A stretch of 64,000 nt of DNA from Puniceicoccaceae bacterium (GCA_040830765.1 JBFOMH010000027.1:1-64000); one strand, 5' to 3'; shown: positions 38,948 through 49,404, counted from the first letter of the stretch. The notes: a model not told the origin generated them from the sequence alone. Translations and numbers: made by a program.

Positions 38948-41656
38948 ATGGCCCATTCAAGGTCTCAAATCGCCTCAACAACGCCGTCGCCAGTGACTCA
39001 TCTACAAAGTATTATTCGCTGCAAGTTTAGCATGCTTGTCGTGCTAATCTGTATGTTTCTTCCACAGAGCGGATTTAGCTCCCAGAATACGCACCCTCGG
39101 GTGATTGTTTCTACCGACATTGGCGGGACGGATCCCGATGATTTCCAGTCGATGGTGCATCTGCTCCTTTATGCCGATAGCCTCGACCTAGAGGGGTTGA
39201 TCTCCTCGCCTTATGGTCCTGGGCGGAAGCAGGACATCCTCGAAGTTATCGACCTTTACGAGCGCGATTATGTCAACCTTCGGAGACATTCGAAGAACTA
39301 CCCCACGCCAGCGATGTTACGCTCTATCACGATGCAGGGCGAAATCGAGGTTGCTCCATACGCTGGCTTCCGGCAACCGACTGAAGGTTCCCGGTGGATC
39401 GTGCAATGCGCGAGGAAGGAAGATCCCAGACCCTTGCACCTATTGGTCTGGGGTGGCATTGAGGATCTCGCGCAGGCGCTGCACGATGCACCCGACATTC
39501 TTCCCAAGCTGCGTGTTTATTTCATTGGTGGACCCAACAAAAAGTGGAGTCCTGATGCCTACCACTACATCGCCTCTCACCATCCCGATCTGCAAATCAT
39601 TGAAGCCAACTCCACCTATCGCGGATGGTTTGTCGGGGGCAACCAGGAGGGAGATTGGGGCAACCAGTCCTTCGTCGCCAGTTACGTTGCCGGACGGGGT
39701 GCATTAGGGGAGTTCTTCGCGACACAACTGGGTGGTACGATCAAGATGGGTGATTCGCCCTCCGTGGGTTGGCTTTTGCATGGGAATACGGCGGATCCAT
39801 CGCAGCCCGGTTGGGGCGGTCGATTTGTCCGGGCTTGGGAACGGAAGCATGGTACTTTTCATCGGCTTACCACGAAGGATGACCTTATCGAGGTTTTTTC
39901 GGTGCTCGAACTGGTTCTGCCGATCGGCTCCTCCAAGCAGGATAATTTTGAAGCTCAATTGCTTATTGAAAACCAATCGCTGAAGGGATTTCTGGACGGC
40001 AAGGGGAATGTGCGGTTCCGGTTTTCTCCAAAGGCGGCCAAGACATATCATTACAGCATCCGGAGCAATATTCCGGCGCTCAATGGAATGACTGGCGAAC
40101 TCACCGCATTCCCCGTTTCGCCTGAGGCCGCAAAGCAACCTGATACCACACGGCCAAACTGGTGGACCGACGATCCTTCGCCCAAACTCAGCAACGCACC
40201 ACACGATGGTACAAAGACCGTAAATCGCTGGCGCGAGGACTTTCTCAGCGACTTTGCGAAACGCATGATACGTTGCAGCGCACCAGCCACCCATTTACCT
40301 AAACCGCGTGTGATCGTCACCAGCGACGGTGAGGTGGATGACGAATGTTCCATGGTCCGATTCCTCCTTTATGCCAACGAATGGGATATCGAAGGGATCA
40401 TCACATCGAGTTCACAATACCATTGGCAGGGACATAAGTGGGCCGGGGATGACTGGGTTCAGCCGTACCTTGATGCCTATGGGGAAGTGCATGCCAATCT
40501 GGTCAAGCATGACAGTCGATACCCTACTGCAGCGTACCTTCAGTCGCGCACTTTTCTTGGAAACGTGTCAGCAGAGGGTGAAATGGAGGCGGTGACACCG
40601 GGCTCGGAACACATCGTAAAGGTCCTCCTCGACGAATCGGACGATCGTCCAGTCTGGCTCCAGGCTTGGGGCGGAACTAACACCATCGCCCGGGCACTCA
40701 AGACCATCGAGGAAGAGCATCCCGAAAAAATGGGCGATGTGGCGGACAAGATCCGATTCTTCTTCATCTGGGAACAGGATGCGACATATCAAACCTACAT
40801 CCGTCCCCACTGGGGCAAGTATGACATCCTGACGATTATCTCGGATCAATTTATCGCCATTGCCTACCATTGGAAGAGGATCATTCCTGAAGATAAGCAG
40901 GCGGTCTTTACCGGTGAGTGGATGAAGGAAAACATCTTACAAAACCACGGACCCCTGTGCGAATTGTACAAAGCCCATGTGGATGGGGACAAAGGCTATG
41001 TGGAAGGTGACTTCAGGTCCGAGGGTGACTCACCTGCATTCCTGCATACCATTGTGAATGGATTACGAAATATGGAGTCCCCCGATTGGGGCGGCTGGGG
41101 CGGTCGCTATCTCAGGGTTCGCGAAAACACCTGGCTCGACCCTGTTCCGGAAACCGACTACGAATATCCTGAGGGGAGATGGTATACCGCATCAGCGTGG
41201 GGACGTGAACGCCTACGGGCAGACATACCGGATGACAAGAAGCTGATGGCGTACCTCAAACCCATTTGGCGATGGACGGATACTCTGCAAAACGATTTCG
41301 CGTCGAGAGCCGACTGGTGCGTCAATGAATTTGCGGAAGCCAACCATCCACCGCTAGTCGCTCTCGGGCACGCGACGGACCTGAAAGCCCGGCCGGGTGA
41401 GCCTGTCGTACTGAGTGCGGCGGGGACGACAGATCCCGACGGTGATGAGCTCGAATATCGCTGGTGGCAGTATCGGCAAGCTGGATCCTTTGACGGAACA
41501 ATCGAAATAATGGATGCCGACAATCAAGACGCCTCATTTACGCTACCCGCTGACATCGGCATAGGCCAAACAGTCCATGTAGTCTGCGAGGTGACGGACA
41601 GGGGCACGCCACGATTAACCCGGTATCAACGGGTGGTTGTTGAAATTATAAATTAA
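38948..41656 (+). CDS. Protein with two DUF1593 (nucleoside hydrolase-like, Sde182-like) domains + C-terminal Ig/REJ-like domain
   Basis: RVIVSTDIGGTDPDDFQSMVHLLLY and RVIVTSDGEVDDECSMVRFLLY; two WGG motifs; NHPP...DPDGDEL.YRWWQY tail; start uncertain (38921-39032). Confidence 0.8.
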   Translation: MAHSRSQIASTTPSPVTHLQSIIRCKFSMLVVLICMFLPQSGFSSQNTHPRVIVSTDIGGTDPDDFQSMVHLLLYADSLDLEGLISSPYGPGRKQDILEVIDLYERDYVNLRRHSKNYPTPAMLRSITMQGEIEVAPYAGFRQPTEGSRWIVQCARKEDPRPLHLLVWGGIEDLAQALHDAPDILPKLRVYFIGGPNKKWSPDAYHYIASHHPDLQIIEANSTYRGWFVGGNQEGDWGNQSFVASYVAGRGALGEFFATQLGGTIKMGDSPSVGWLLHGNTADPSQPGWGGRFVRAWERKHGTFHRLTTKDDLIEVFSVLELVLPIGSSKQDNFEAQLLIENQSLKGFLDGKGNVRFRFSPKAAKTYHYSIRSNIPALNGMTGELTAFPVSPEAAKQPDTTRPNWWTDDPSPKLSNAPHDGTKTVNRWREDFLSDFAKRMIRCSAPATHLPKPRVIVTSDGEVDDECSMVRFLLYANEWDIEGIITSSSQYHWQGHKWAGDDWVQPYLDAYGEVHANLVKHDSRYPTAAYLQSRTFLGNVSAEGEMEAVTPGSEHIVKVLLDESDDRPVWLQAWGGTNTIARALKTIEEEHPEKMGDVADKIRFFFIWEQDATYQTYIRPHWGKYDILTIISDQFIAIAYHWKRIIPEDKQAVFTGEWMKENILQNHGPLCELYKAHVDGDKGYVEGDFRSEGDSPAFLHTIVNGLRNMESPDWGGWGGRYLRVRENTWLDPVPETDYEYPEGRWYTASAWGRERLRADIPDDKKLMAYLKPIWRWTDTLQNDFASRADWCVNEFAEANHPPLVALGHATDLKARPGEPVVLSAAGTTDPDGDELEYRWWQYRQAGSFDGTIEIMDADNQDASFTLPADIGIGQTVHVVCEVTDRGTPRLTRYQRVVVEIIN

Positions 41657-41726
41657 TTTCATTATATTTCATTGTTTTTAAAATGCGTAGAGGAGGGTTG
41701 TTTTGAGCAAAAATCTATATAATTCA

Positions 41727-41747
41727 TGAAATAAATCTATTATTTCA
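41727..41747. promoter_or_regulatory. Inverted repeat TGAAATAA-N5-TTATTTCA in AT-rich promoter region
   Basis: Perfect 8-bp arms upstream of the two pectate lyase genes. Confidence 0.4.
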
Positions 41748-41875
41748 ATTTAATATTCTTGAAGAACATTGAATTCATCCTACGGTCGTAAAAAATGCCA
41801 AGAGTCCTGAGTTTCCGGGATCTGGCACATTTCGCCGCAACCCAACATAACCCAATTCAGTCAACGGAAAACACT

Positions 41876-43915
41876 ATGCATCCCATGAGACCAATACTCA
41901 GATTCTGGCGCCGGCCGGACATGGCCAAGTTTGCCTGGATTTCGGTCATGCTAGTCCTCGTGACCGGAGTACCCCGGATATCTGCACAGGAACAGGAAGA
42001 GGAACGATGGGCGGGTTACCTGATCAATAGTTTGGGTTATGTTGCGACTCCGACTTCATTCCTTGGCCAGGCCAGGGTTAAATTCATTTCAATCGAACGA
42101 CCATGGGAGTTTTTGGAGACATCCTGGGTGTACTCAGAAGGGATCGGCGGTTGGTTTTACCTTGAAGAAGTATGGATGACGGAAGCGGGCTCATGGGCCT
42201 ATGCACTGGAATTTGACGAGGACACGTATGACTTCAACTGGGCTGACCTTGGCTGGCTCTACGCCCGGAGGTCCGGAACCTGGGTCTGGGTGAATGAACC
42301 GGACAGGATCCAATCCGCAGGAAACGGATGGGTCTATATTCTCTATGGAGAGTCGCTGCCGGATGATATTGTCGTGACGAGTGAATACAGTGCCAATATG
42401 CCGGTTGGGAACGAAAACCTTCCGGGTTATTTGAACGCCCGGCCAGCCAATGAAGCGGAACTGGCTCGATTTGAGGGGGCCATGCACCTGGGACTGGAGG
42501 AACTGTTATCGAACATGGAGCCGGGACCAGACGTTTCCTTCCAACTGACAGAGGAGGGCATTGTCTTGCATAATGCAGGTTTCGGGAACCGCTCCGCCCG
42601 CTTTTTTTATCATCCCCGAAAAGTGGGACTGATCGACCTGTCTGGTCTGCAAGGCATTACTGGGGAAATAGGGGTGACGATGCTCGCTGACGTGGATCTT
42701 ACAAACAGCACGGGTGGCTTTTATTGTCACCTCCGCAATGAAGGGATTGTTAATGCCCTCAAGCGGACGAGAGATGTCCCGGATAATATTGCCGAATACT
42801 ACAGTGACTTTTACGATGTCGGATCTTTCAGTCGCCTTGAGAAAGGCATCCAATACGGTGATGTGCTGCTTGAGAATCACGTGATTCATCCTTTCGAAGC
42901 GGCTTTCATTGAACTCGTCCTTCCCGCTCAGGCTACCGTGACCGTTAAAAGTGTCTTTCTTAATCTGGAGACCGCCATTCGCGGATTTGCGGGAATGGAG
43001 GAAAAGATCACCGGCGGCACTGGAGCCCCCGCCGAGAACATCCACACCGTCAGCAACGTCCCGGAGATGCAGGAAGCCCTTCTGGCTGTACGCAACGCTT
43101 CCGGGCCATCCATCATCTATGTGGATGGCACCATGACCCTCGATGACTGGGAAGGCTCCAATGGCCAGTCCCAGCAATTCAACATCAGTGACAGCGTCCG
43201 CAATCTATCGATCATCGGGATTGAGGGTCATGCCGTGTTGGATGGAATGGGGTTCAAGATTCATGGAACCAATGTTATTCTGGAGAACCTTACCATCCGG
43301 AATGCCTGGATGCAGGATGCATTTGAGATTAACAATGCTCGATACATTCGTGTCTCTTATTGTACCGCGGAGGGTGACAATGGCGCTTCCGGGAATCGAT
43401 TTGACGAGTTCATCTCGATCAAGAACACCTCCCGTTACATCATTATCTCCTGGAATCATCTGCGCAACGATCCCCAGGGCCGCGGGATCCTCATAGGCAG
43501 TAATGACGAAATCGAAGCTTTGCCGGACCGGTCTATCATCATACACCATAACTGGTTCCAGACCACCGGTTCCCGGCACCCGCTTGTGCGCGGTGGCTAC
43601 AGTCACATCTACAACAACTTCTTCGATGACATTGGTCGGGGAAGCAACGTGCGCACCTTTGCACGGACACGTATTGAGAACAATTACTATTACAGTGTTA
43701 GCCGGGCCATTTTCCTGGGAGATGAGCTTCCTGAATTAAGTGGCAGGTATGAGGTGGCAGGGAATTTCTTTGAGGAGGTTGGAAGCGGTGGTCAACCAAC
43801 TGATTCGACCGTAAGCCTCACTTTCGAGGATGCCTACACCTATGAACTGGATTCTGCAGATGCGGTTCCTAATATTCTCAGGGCACAAGCCGGTGCCATT
43901 CCGCCTCTGGATTAA
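41876..43915 (+). CDS. PL1 pectate lyase with N-terminal Trp-rich module
   Basis: GFAG...TGG, NVILENLTI, IIISWNH, IIIHHNWF..SRHPLVRGG..HIYNN; start uncertain (41795-41921). Confidence 0.85.
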   Translation: MHPMRPILRFWRRPDMAKFAWISVMLVLVTGVPRISAQEQEEERWAGYLINSLGYVATPTSFLGQARVKFISIERPWEFLETSWVYSEGIGGWFYLEEVWMTEAGSWAYALEFDEDTYDFNWADLGWLYARRSGTWVWVNEPDRIQSAGNGWVYILYGESLPDDIVVTSEYSANMPVGNENLPGYLNARPANEAELARFEGAMHLGLEELLSNMEPGPDVSFQLTEEGIVLHNAGFGNRSARFFYHPRKVGLIDLSGLQGITGEIGVTMLADVDLTNSTGGFYCHLRNEGIVNALKRTRDVPDNIAEYYSDFYDVGSFSRLEKGIQYGDVLLENHVIHPFEAAFIELVLPAQATVTVKSVFLNLETAIRGFAGMEEKITGGTGAPAENIHTVSNVPEMQEALLAVRNASGPSIIYVDGTMTLDDWEGSNGQSQQFNISDSVRNLSIIGIEGHAVLDGMGFKIHGTNVILENLTIRNAWMQDAFEINNARYIRVSYCTAEGDNGASGNRFDEFISIKNTSRYIIISWNHLRNDPQGRGILIGSNDEIEALPDRSIIIHHNWFQTTGSRHPLVRGGYSHIYNNFFDDIGRGSNVRTFARTRIENNYYYSVSRAIFLGDELPELSGRYEVAGNFFEEVGSGGQPTDSTVSLTFEDAYTYELDSADAVPNILRAQAGAIPPLD

Positions 43916-43986
43916 CGAGAGAAGGGTTATTTCTGTCTTTAAGGGATGGCAAAAGAATATCTCCACCCCAATGGGAGGATCGTATA

Positions 43987-45534
43987 ATGAATCGTAAATT
44001 TAACACATTCAAACTATTCGTAATAACCTTTCTATTCTGTCCTGCACTCGCCTTTGCCGATCAACAACTTGCCTTCCCAACGGCTGAAGGTTACGGAAAG
44101 TACACGGTTGGAGGACGGGGCGGGGCGGTCTATGAAGTGACAAACCTCAGTGATTCCGGTGCGGGCAGCCTTCGTGCGGCGGTTGAAGCATCGGGACCAA
44201 GGACAGTGGTGTTCAGGGTTTCGGGTACGATAATTCTCGAGAGTAATTTGAAGATTTCCAATCCCTATATCACGATCGCCGGTCAGACCGCACCAGGAGA
44301 TGGTATTTGCCTGAGGCGGTATCCATTGATTATTGGCGCGGATGAAGTCATCATTCGTTATATCCGGGTAAGATTCGGGGATGAATCGGGGCAAGATTCG
44401 GATGCCATATCCAGCAGATACACGAAAAACATCATCCTGGACCATGTGTCGGCCAGTTGGAGTGTTGATGAGACGATGTCGATTTACCACTGCGAAAACG
44501 TTACCGTCCAGTGGTGCTTGATTTCGGAGAGCCTTTATCAATCCAACCATGCAAAATCGCACCATGGATTTGGCGGCATCTGGGGATCGAACAACAGCAC
44601 CTATCATCACAACCTGTTGGCTCATCACTCCAGTCGAAATCCACGCTTCGCATCAGGATGTGGAAATACGGACTACCGGAATAACGTGGTTTACAACTGG
44701 GGTTACAATAGTTGCTACGGGGGAGAAAAGGTGCAAAGCGGCAGTTCAGAATTTGTCTTCACCAATATCAACATGGTAGCGAATTATTATAAACCAGGCC
44801 CAGCGACCAAACCCGGAGATGTCACCCACCGGATTGCGGGTCCATCCACGCGCGATGGGGATGCTGATTACGGAAAGTGGTATATCGCCGAAAATGTCGT
44901 CGAGGGCAACGCCACCGTAACAGCCGATAACTGGAATGGAGGTGTGCAACCCTCCCTGCCAGTGCTGAAACTCGCTCATCCCTGGCCATCCATGGCGATT
45001 AACCAGCAAACCGCGGACGAGGCTTATCTTGCTGTTCTTGAAAATGCAGGTGCAACCTTGCCCAAACGGGATGCCATCGATGCGCGCATTATTGATGAAA
45101 CTCGTAACGGCTACGCCACATATGAAGGGCCCGCTTATGAACAACAGCAATCCGTTCACGATGAATCCATGAAATGCGGTATCATTGATTCGCAGGAGGA
45201 CGTCGGTGGCTGGCCGGAACTGATCAGCGCAGAAGCGCCCACCGACACGGACCATGATGGCATGCCCGATGATTGGGAAGTCCTGAAGGGGCTGAATCCC
45301 GAAGATGCTGCCGACAGGAACCAGATTGCGGCCGATGGTTACACTATGCTGGAGACTTATCTGAACAGTATCGGATCCGGCAAAAGCGGCAATGTTGATA
45401 CCGGAAGTTTCCTCGGGTGGGTCAATACCGATTACGCTCCGTACCTATGGGTCTACGCTATCAGTCGATGGGTATACGTGGAAAACTTTCCAGAAATATC
45501 CGCCGGGGCATGGGCGTATTTATTCAAGGCCTGA
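43987..45534 (+). CDS. PL1 pectate lyase with C-terminal Trp-rich module
   Basis: AFPTAEGYG...GGRGG, IAGQTAPGDG, IILDHVSASWSVDE, HHSSRNPR, DTDHDGMPDDWE. Confidence 0.9.
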   Translation: MNRKFNTFKLFVITFLFCPALAFADQQLAFPTAEGYGKYTVGGRGGAVYEVTNLSDSGAGSLRAAVEASGPRTVVFRVSGTIILESNLKISNPYITIAGQTAPGDGICLRRYPLIIGADEVIIRYIRVRFGDESGQDSDAISSRYTKNIILDHVSASWSVDETMSIYHCENVTVQWCLISESLYQSNHAKSHHGFGGIWGSNNSTYHHNLLAHHSSRNPRFASGCGNTDYRNNVVYNWGYNSCYGGEKVQSGSSEFVFTNINMVANYYKPGPATKPGDVTHRIAGPSTRDGDADYGKWYIAENVVEGNATVTADNWNGGVQPSLPVLKLAHPWPSMAINQQTADEAYLAVLENAGATLPKRDAIDARIIDETRNGYATYEGPAYEQQQSVHDESMKCGIIDSQEDVGGWPELISAEAPTDTDHDGMPDDWEVLKGLNPEDAADRNQIAADGYTMLETYLNSIGSGKSGNVDTGSFLGWVNTDYAPYLWVYAISRWVYVENFPEISAGAWAYLFKA

Positions 45535-45706
45535 TTCTGTTTCCCTGCCAAAACTTTTGTTATCGTACCCAGTCTTAATCAAAAACTGGGGTCCCATAGC
45601 GGACGAAATACTAACCTTTCTCTGTTTTGTTTACAGTTTTAGGCACTTTTTTGGGTGAGTGTTTCAAGCTTGATTTGCATAAATATTTATGCAGGCTTGT
45701 TTTGGA

Positions 45707-45985
45707 ATGGAGTTCGAGTATGACCCGGATAAATCCCGCAGGAATGCCGACAAGCACGGGATCGACTTTGTCGATGGGCAAGCGCTGTGGGAAGATTCGG
45801 GTCTTCTGGTTCTGCCTTCCCGCTATCCGGAGGAGTCACGGTATTTGGCCATTGGGCAGATCGATATGCTTCACTGGACGGCGGTATTTACTGAACGCGG
45901 TGAGCGGGTGCGACTGATCAGCATTCGCCGAAGCCGTCACGATGAAAGGGAACTGTATGAGCAAAACAAACCAGGACAATTTTGA
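45707..45985 (+). CDS. brnT: BrnT family toxin (RelE-like ribonuclease)
   Basis: MEFEYDPDKSRRNADKHGIDF...RY..IG...VFTERG..VRLISIRRS...E..LY. Confidence 0.9.
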   Translation: MEFEYDPDKSRRNADKHGIDFVDGQALWEDSGLLVLPSRYPEESRYLAIGQIDMLHWTAVFTERGERVRLISIRRSRHDERELYEQNKPGQF

Positions 45986-46223
45986 GGAGCGCTTCGAGGC
46001 CGGCGAGGAGGTACTCGACTACTTTGAAACGGGAACGGTGCTGACCATTCACCGGCTGGCGGAGTTGTCAGCCATACTCAATCTTTCGGCCCTGGCGCGG
46101 GAGGCGGGAATTAATATTCAGACCCTGCAGGCTAAGATTCGTCGCAAGACGCCCCTCTCCGGTGAGGAGACCCGCAGCATTGTCAATGTTCTCAAGCGGC
46201 ACCATCTGGCAACTGTGGCCTGA
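45957..46223 (+). CDS. Putative antitoxin (BrnA/CopG-like N-terminus, HTH-like C-terminus)
   Basis: Overlaps toxin 3' end; FEERFEAGEEVLDYF N-terminus; LNLSALAREAGINIQTLQAKI. Confidence 0.7.
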   Translation: MSKTNQDNFEERFEAGEEVLDYFETGTVLTIHRLAELSAILNLSALAREAGINIQTLQAKIRRKTPLSGEETRSIVNVLKRHHLATVA

Positions 46224-46330
46224 CTGGGTTTTCATCAAAACTGGCCAGCCATGAGCGAATCCGCGCATGCGTGAGAGCCGAATGGGGCTGTGCCCCGCGA
46301 CTTGTCGTGCGAAACGCACTGTAGTATGAA

Positions 46331-46348
46331 GTCCCTCTGCAGAGGGAC
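46331..46348. repeat. Perfect 18-bp palindrome just 3' of tRNA-His (possible terminator/processing hairpin)
   Basis: GTCCCTCTG-CAGAGGGAC. Confidence 0.5.
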
Positions 46349-46352
46349 GAAC

Positions 46353-46431
<79 letters not shown>

Positions 46432-46545
46432 CAAGTTAAGGTGGGTAAGAGAAGAGGTAGGGCGGGGGTTGTCAATACCCCAATTGGGAAGAAAGCCGGG
46501 TAATTCGGATTGCAGGAAGGGGCGCGGGGCATTTTTCTCAGTGGC

Positions 46546-49404
46546 ATGCGACGATTGATCAGTTTGTCACCGGCGGTGGCGGAGGTTTTCAGTGACCTGA
46601 CCGGGAAGACCGGTCCGGACTGGTTTTGCGCCCATGACCCGGTGGACAGCAAGCTGGGCAGTGGGGGTGGAACAGTGCATCTTTTAAGGGAAGCCTGGCT
46701 GGCCGAGGGGGCAGGGGACCGCTTTTCGGATTGGTTGTCGCGGGAGGGGGGAATCATCCTCCATGCAGGCGGGCGAAGCCGCCGCCTGCCTGCCTATGCG
46801 GCGGAGGGGAAAGCCCTGATCCCGGTCCCGGTGGCGCGCTGGTCGCTGGGGCAGCGGATTGACCAGACCCTGCTGGACCTGCAGATGCCGTTTTTGGAAA
46901 AGGTCCTTTCGCAGGCCGACGGGGAATCCCGTTGGCTCATTGGGAGCGGAGATGTCCTGCTGGAAGCGGATGCCCTGCCGGACCCGTTACCGGCGGCGGA
47001 TGTGGTTTGCCTTGGCCTGTGGGGCGAGCCGGAGCAGGCCTCGCGTCATGGTGTCTTCTTCACTCCGAGGAGTGACCCCGGCCAGCTCTCCTTCATGCTG
47101 CAGAAGCCCTCGCTGGACGCCATCCGCAAGGGCAGCGAGGGGCACTATTTTCTTCTCGATGTCGGCGTGTGGCTGCTGAGTTCGCGGGCGATGCGGGTGC
47201 TGGTGGAGCGGAGTATGGAATCGGGCAATGATTCCGGGATCCGGGAATTTGACCTCTACGGGACCTTTGGCCCGGCATTGGGTGAGGAGCCGCATCAGCA
47301 GGACGCTGACATCAACGCCCTGACAACGGCCGTCGTGCCGATGGAGGGTGGCCGCTTCAATCACTTCGGTAGCGGCAGTGACATCATCCATTCCTGCCTG
47401 GAGCTGCAAAACCGGGTCATTGACCAGCGGCGCTTGTCGAATTTGAACATCAAGCCACATCCCTCCCTGTTCGTGCAAAACAGTGCCTTGGGGAAGTCTA
47501 TCCTGAGCAGCTCGCTGGAAGACATCTGGGTGGAGAACAGCAGCATTCCGGAGGGCTGGCAGCTATCGCGGGGCAACATTGTCACCGGCATGCCGGAAAA
47601 TGACTGGGGACTGCAGTTGAAACCCGGGATGTGCCTCGATGTGGTCCCGATGAAAAATGGCGGCCGGGCATGGCGGGTCTACGGGCAGACTGATACTTTC
47701 CGCGGGGCATTGGGTGAGGAAACAACCCTTTACTGCGGCGAACCACTTGCCCGTTGGCTGGCTATGCGCGGCTTGAGCCTTGAGGCCCTGGGACTGGACC
47801 CGGCCTGTGACATCCAGGAAGCACCGATCTTTCCGTTGATGGAGAACCTGCCGGATGAAGCATTTGTGCAGTGGTTGCTTTCCGGTTCGGATGATTCCCG
47901 CGCGGCAACCTACCTGTCGTCCCCGAGGATCTCCGCGGATGCTATCAGTGCCGGGGCGGATTTATGGCGGATGCATGATTCCCGCCGGTACCACTTGAGC
48001 AAGGCCCTTCCGGCAATGTACAAGCACTCGGATCGGAGTGTTTTCTACCAGGTTGACCTCGAGGATATGGCAAGGAAGTGTCACGCCGACAATTTTGAGC
48101 CCGCCGGCAACCGACCTGAACCGGAGAGCGACTTATTTGCCCATATCCGGGATGCCATGTTCCGGTCACGCCTTCTTGAACTGGGCGGACAATCCGGGCA
48201 GGAGGAGTCGCAGCGGGCCTTCCGGGCCCTCTCCAATGCAATGATCGACACGGCCCGCGAAAATCCGGTCCGGCCCCGGTTGGATTGCCTGGACGACCAG
48301 ATCATCTGGGGCCGCAGTCCCGTCCGCCTGGACCTTGCCGGGGGTTGGTCGGACACGCCCCCTTATTGCTTCCTCAACGGCGGCCGGGTGGTCAATGTGG
48401 CGGTCCAGCTCAACGGGCAGCCGCCGATCCAGGTATTTGTGCGCAAGCGCAAGGAGCGGGGGATCCGCATCCGGTCGATTGATTTGGGCCATGCCGAGGA
48501 GATCATGAGCTATGATGACCTGAGATCCTACGCCCAGCTTGGATCGGGCTTTGCCGTACCCAAAGCAGCGCTGGCCTTGTGCGGCTTTTTGCCTGAGTTC
48601 CATGCCGGGAGCAATCCAGGCGACCTGCCGGAGCTGCTGGAGAACTTCGGCAGTGGGTTCGAGATGTCCCTCCTCTGTGCCGTACCCAAGGGATCCGGTC
48701 TGGGGACCAGCAGCATCCTCGCGGCGACCGTCCTTGGCGTCCTGAATGATTTTTGTCAGTTTGGCTGGGACCAATACGCGATTGCCCAGCGCGTCCTCGT
48801 CCTCGAGCAGATGCTGACCAGCGGGGGCGGATGGCAGGACCAGTACGGTGGTATCTGCCGTGGCCTGAAGTATCTGGAAACCAATGCCGGGCTGGACCAG
48901 ATGCCGACTATCCACTGGATTGACGATCATCTGCTCACCGATCCGGTCCACGAATCGAAGGTTCTTCTTTACTACACCGGCATCACCCGGGTGGCCAAGA
49001 ACCTGCTTGGCGAGATTGTCCAGGGAATGTTTCTGAACAGCCGGGATCGTCTCCGTATCCTCGATAAGATTCGTCAGCATGCCGCCCACACTCGGGATAT
49101 CCTGAACCAAGGCAGCTTTGAGGGACTGGCACAGGCCATCGACCGCAGTTGGCGGCTTAACCAGGCACTCGATGCCGGCACCAATCCACCGGAGGTGCAG
49201 GCGATCCTGGTGCCGATCAGTGACTGGATTGCCGGGTGCAAGCTGCTTGGCGCCGGTGGGGGTGGCTACCTCCTCATCCTGGCCAAGGATGGCCCGGCGG
49301 CCGTGAAAATCAAGCAGCACCTGGAAGCCAATCCCACCAACGACCGGGCCCGCTTTGTCGATGTCAATGTCTCCCGGGAAGGACTGCAAGTGACGCGGAG
49401 TTAG
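46546..49404 (+). CDS. fkp: Bifunctional L-fucokinase / GDP-L-fucose pyrophosphorylase
   Basis: DPVDSKLGSGGGT, LHAGGRSRRLPAYA, PVRLDLAGGWSDTPP, PKGSGLGTSS, GGGWQDQ, KLLGAGGGG (GHMP kinase). Confidence 0.95.
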   Translation: MRRLISLSPAVAEVFSDLTGKTGPDWFCAHDPVDSKLGSGGGTVHLLREAWLAEGAGDRFSDWLSREGGIILHAGGRSRRLPAYAAEGKALIPVPVARWSLGQRIDQTLLDLQMPFLEKVLSQADGESRWLIGSGDVLLEADALPDPLPAADVVCLGLWGEPEQASRHGVFFTPRSDPGQLSFMLQKPSLDAIRKGSEGHYFLLDVGVWLLSSRAMRVLVERSMESGNDSGIREFDLYGTFGPALGEEPHQQDADINALTTAVVPMEGGRFNHFGSGSDIIHSCLELQNRVIDQRRLSNLNIKPHPSLFVQNSALGKSILSSSLEDIWVENSSIPEGWQLSRGNIVTGMPENDWGLQLKPGMCLDVVPMKNGGRAWRVYGQTDTFRGALGEETTLYCGEPLARWLAMRGLSLEALGLDPACDIQEAPIFPLMENLPDEAFVQWLLSGSDDSRAATYLSSPRISADAISAGADLWRMHDSRRYHLSKALPAMYKHSDRSVFYQVDLEDMARKCHADNFEPAGNRPEPESDLFAHIRDAMFRSRLLELGGQSGQEESQRAFRALSNAMIDTARENPVRPRLDCLDDQIIWGRSPVRLDLAGGWSDTPPYCFLNGGRVVNVAVQLNGQPPIQVFVRKRKERGIRIRSIDLGHAEEIMSYDDLRSYAQLGSGFAVPKAALALCGFLPEFHAGSNPGDLPELLENFGSGFEMSLLCAVPKGSGLGTSSILAATVLGVLNDFCQFGWDQYAIAQRVLVLEQMLTSGGGWQDQYGGICRGLKYLETNAGLDQMPTIHWIDDHLLTDPVHESKVLLYYTGITRVAKNLLGEIVQGMFLNSRDRLRILDKIRQHAAHTRDILNQGSFEGLAQAIDRSWRLNQALDAGTNPPEVQAILVPISDWIAGCKLLGAGGGGYLLILAKDGPAAVKIKQHLEANPTNDRARFVDVNVSREGLQVTRS

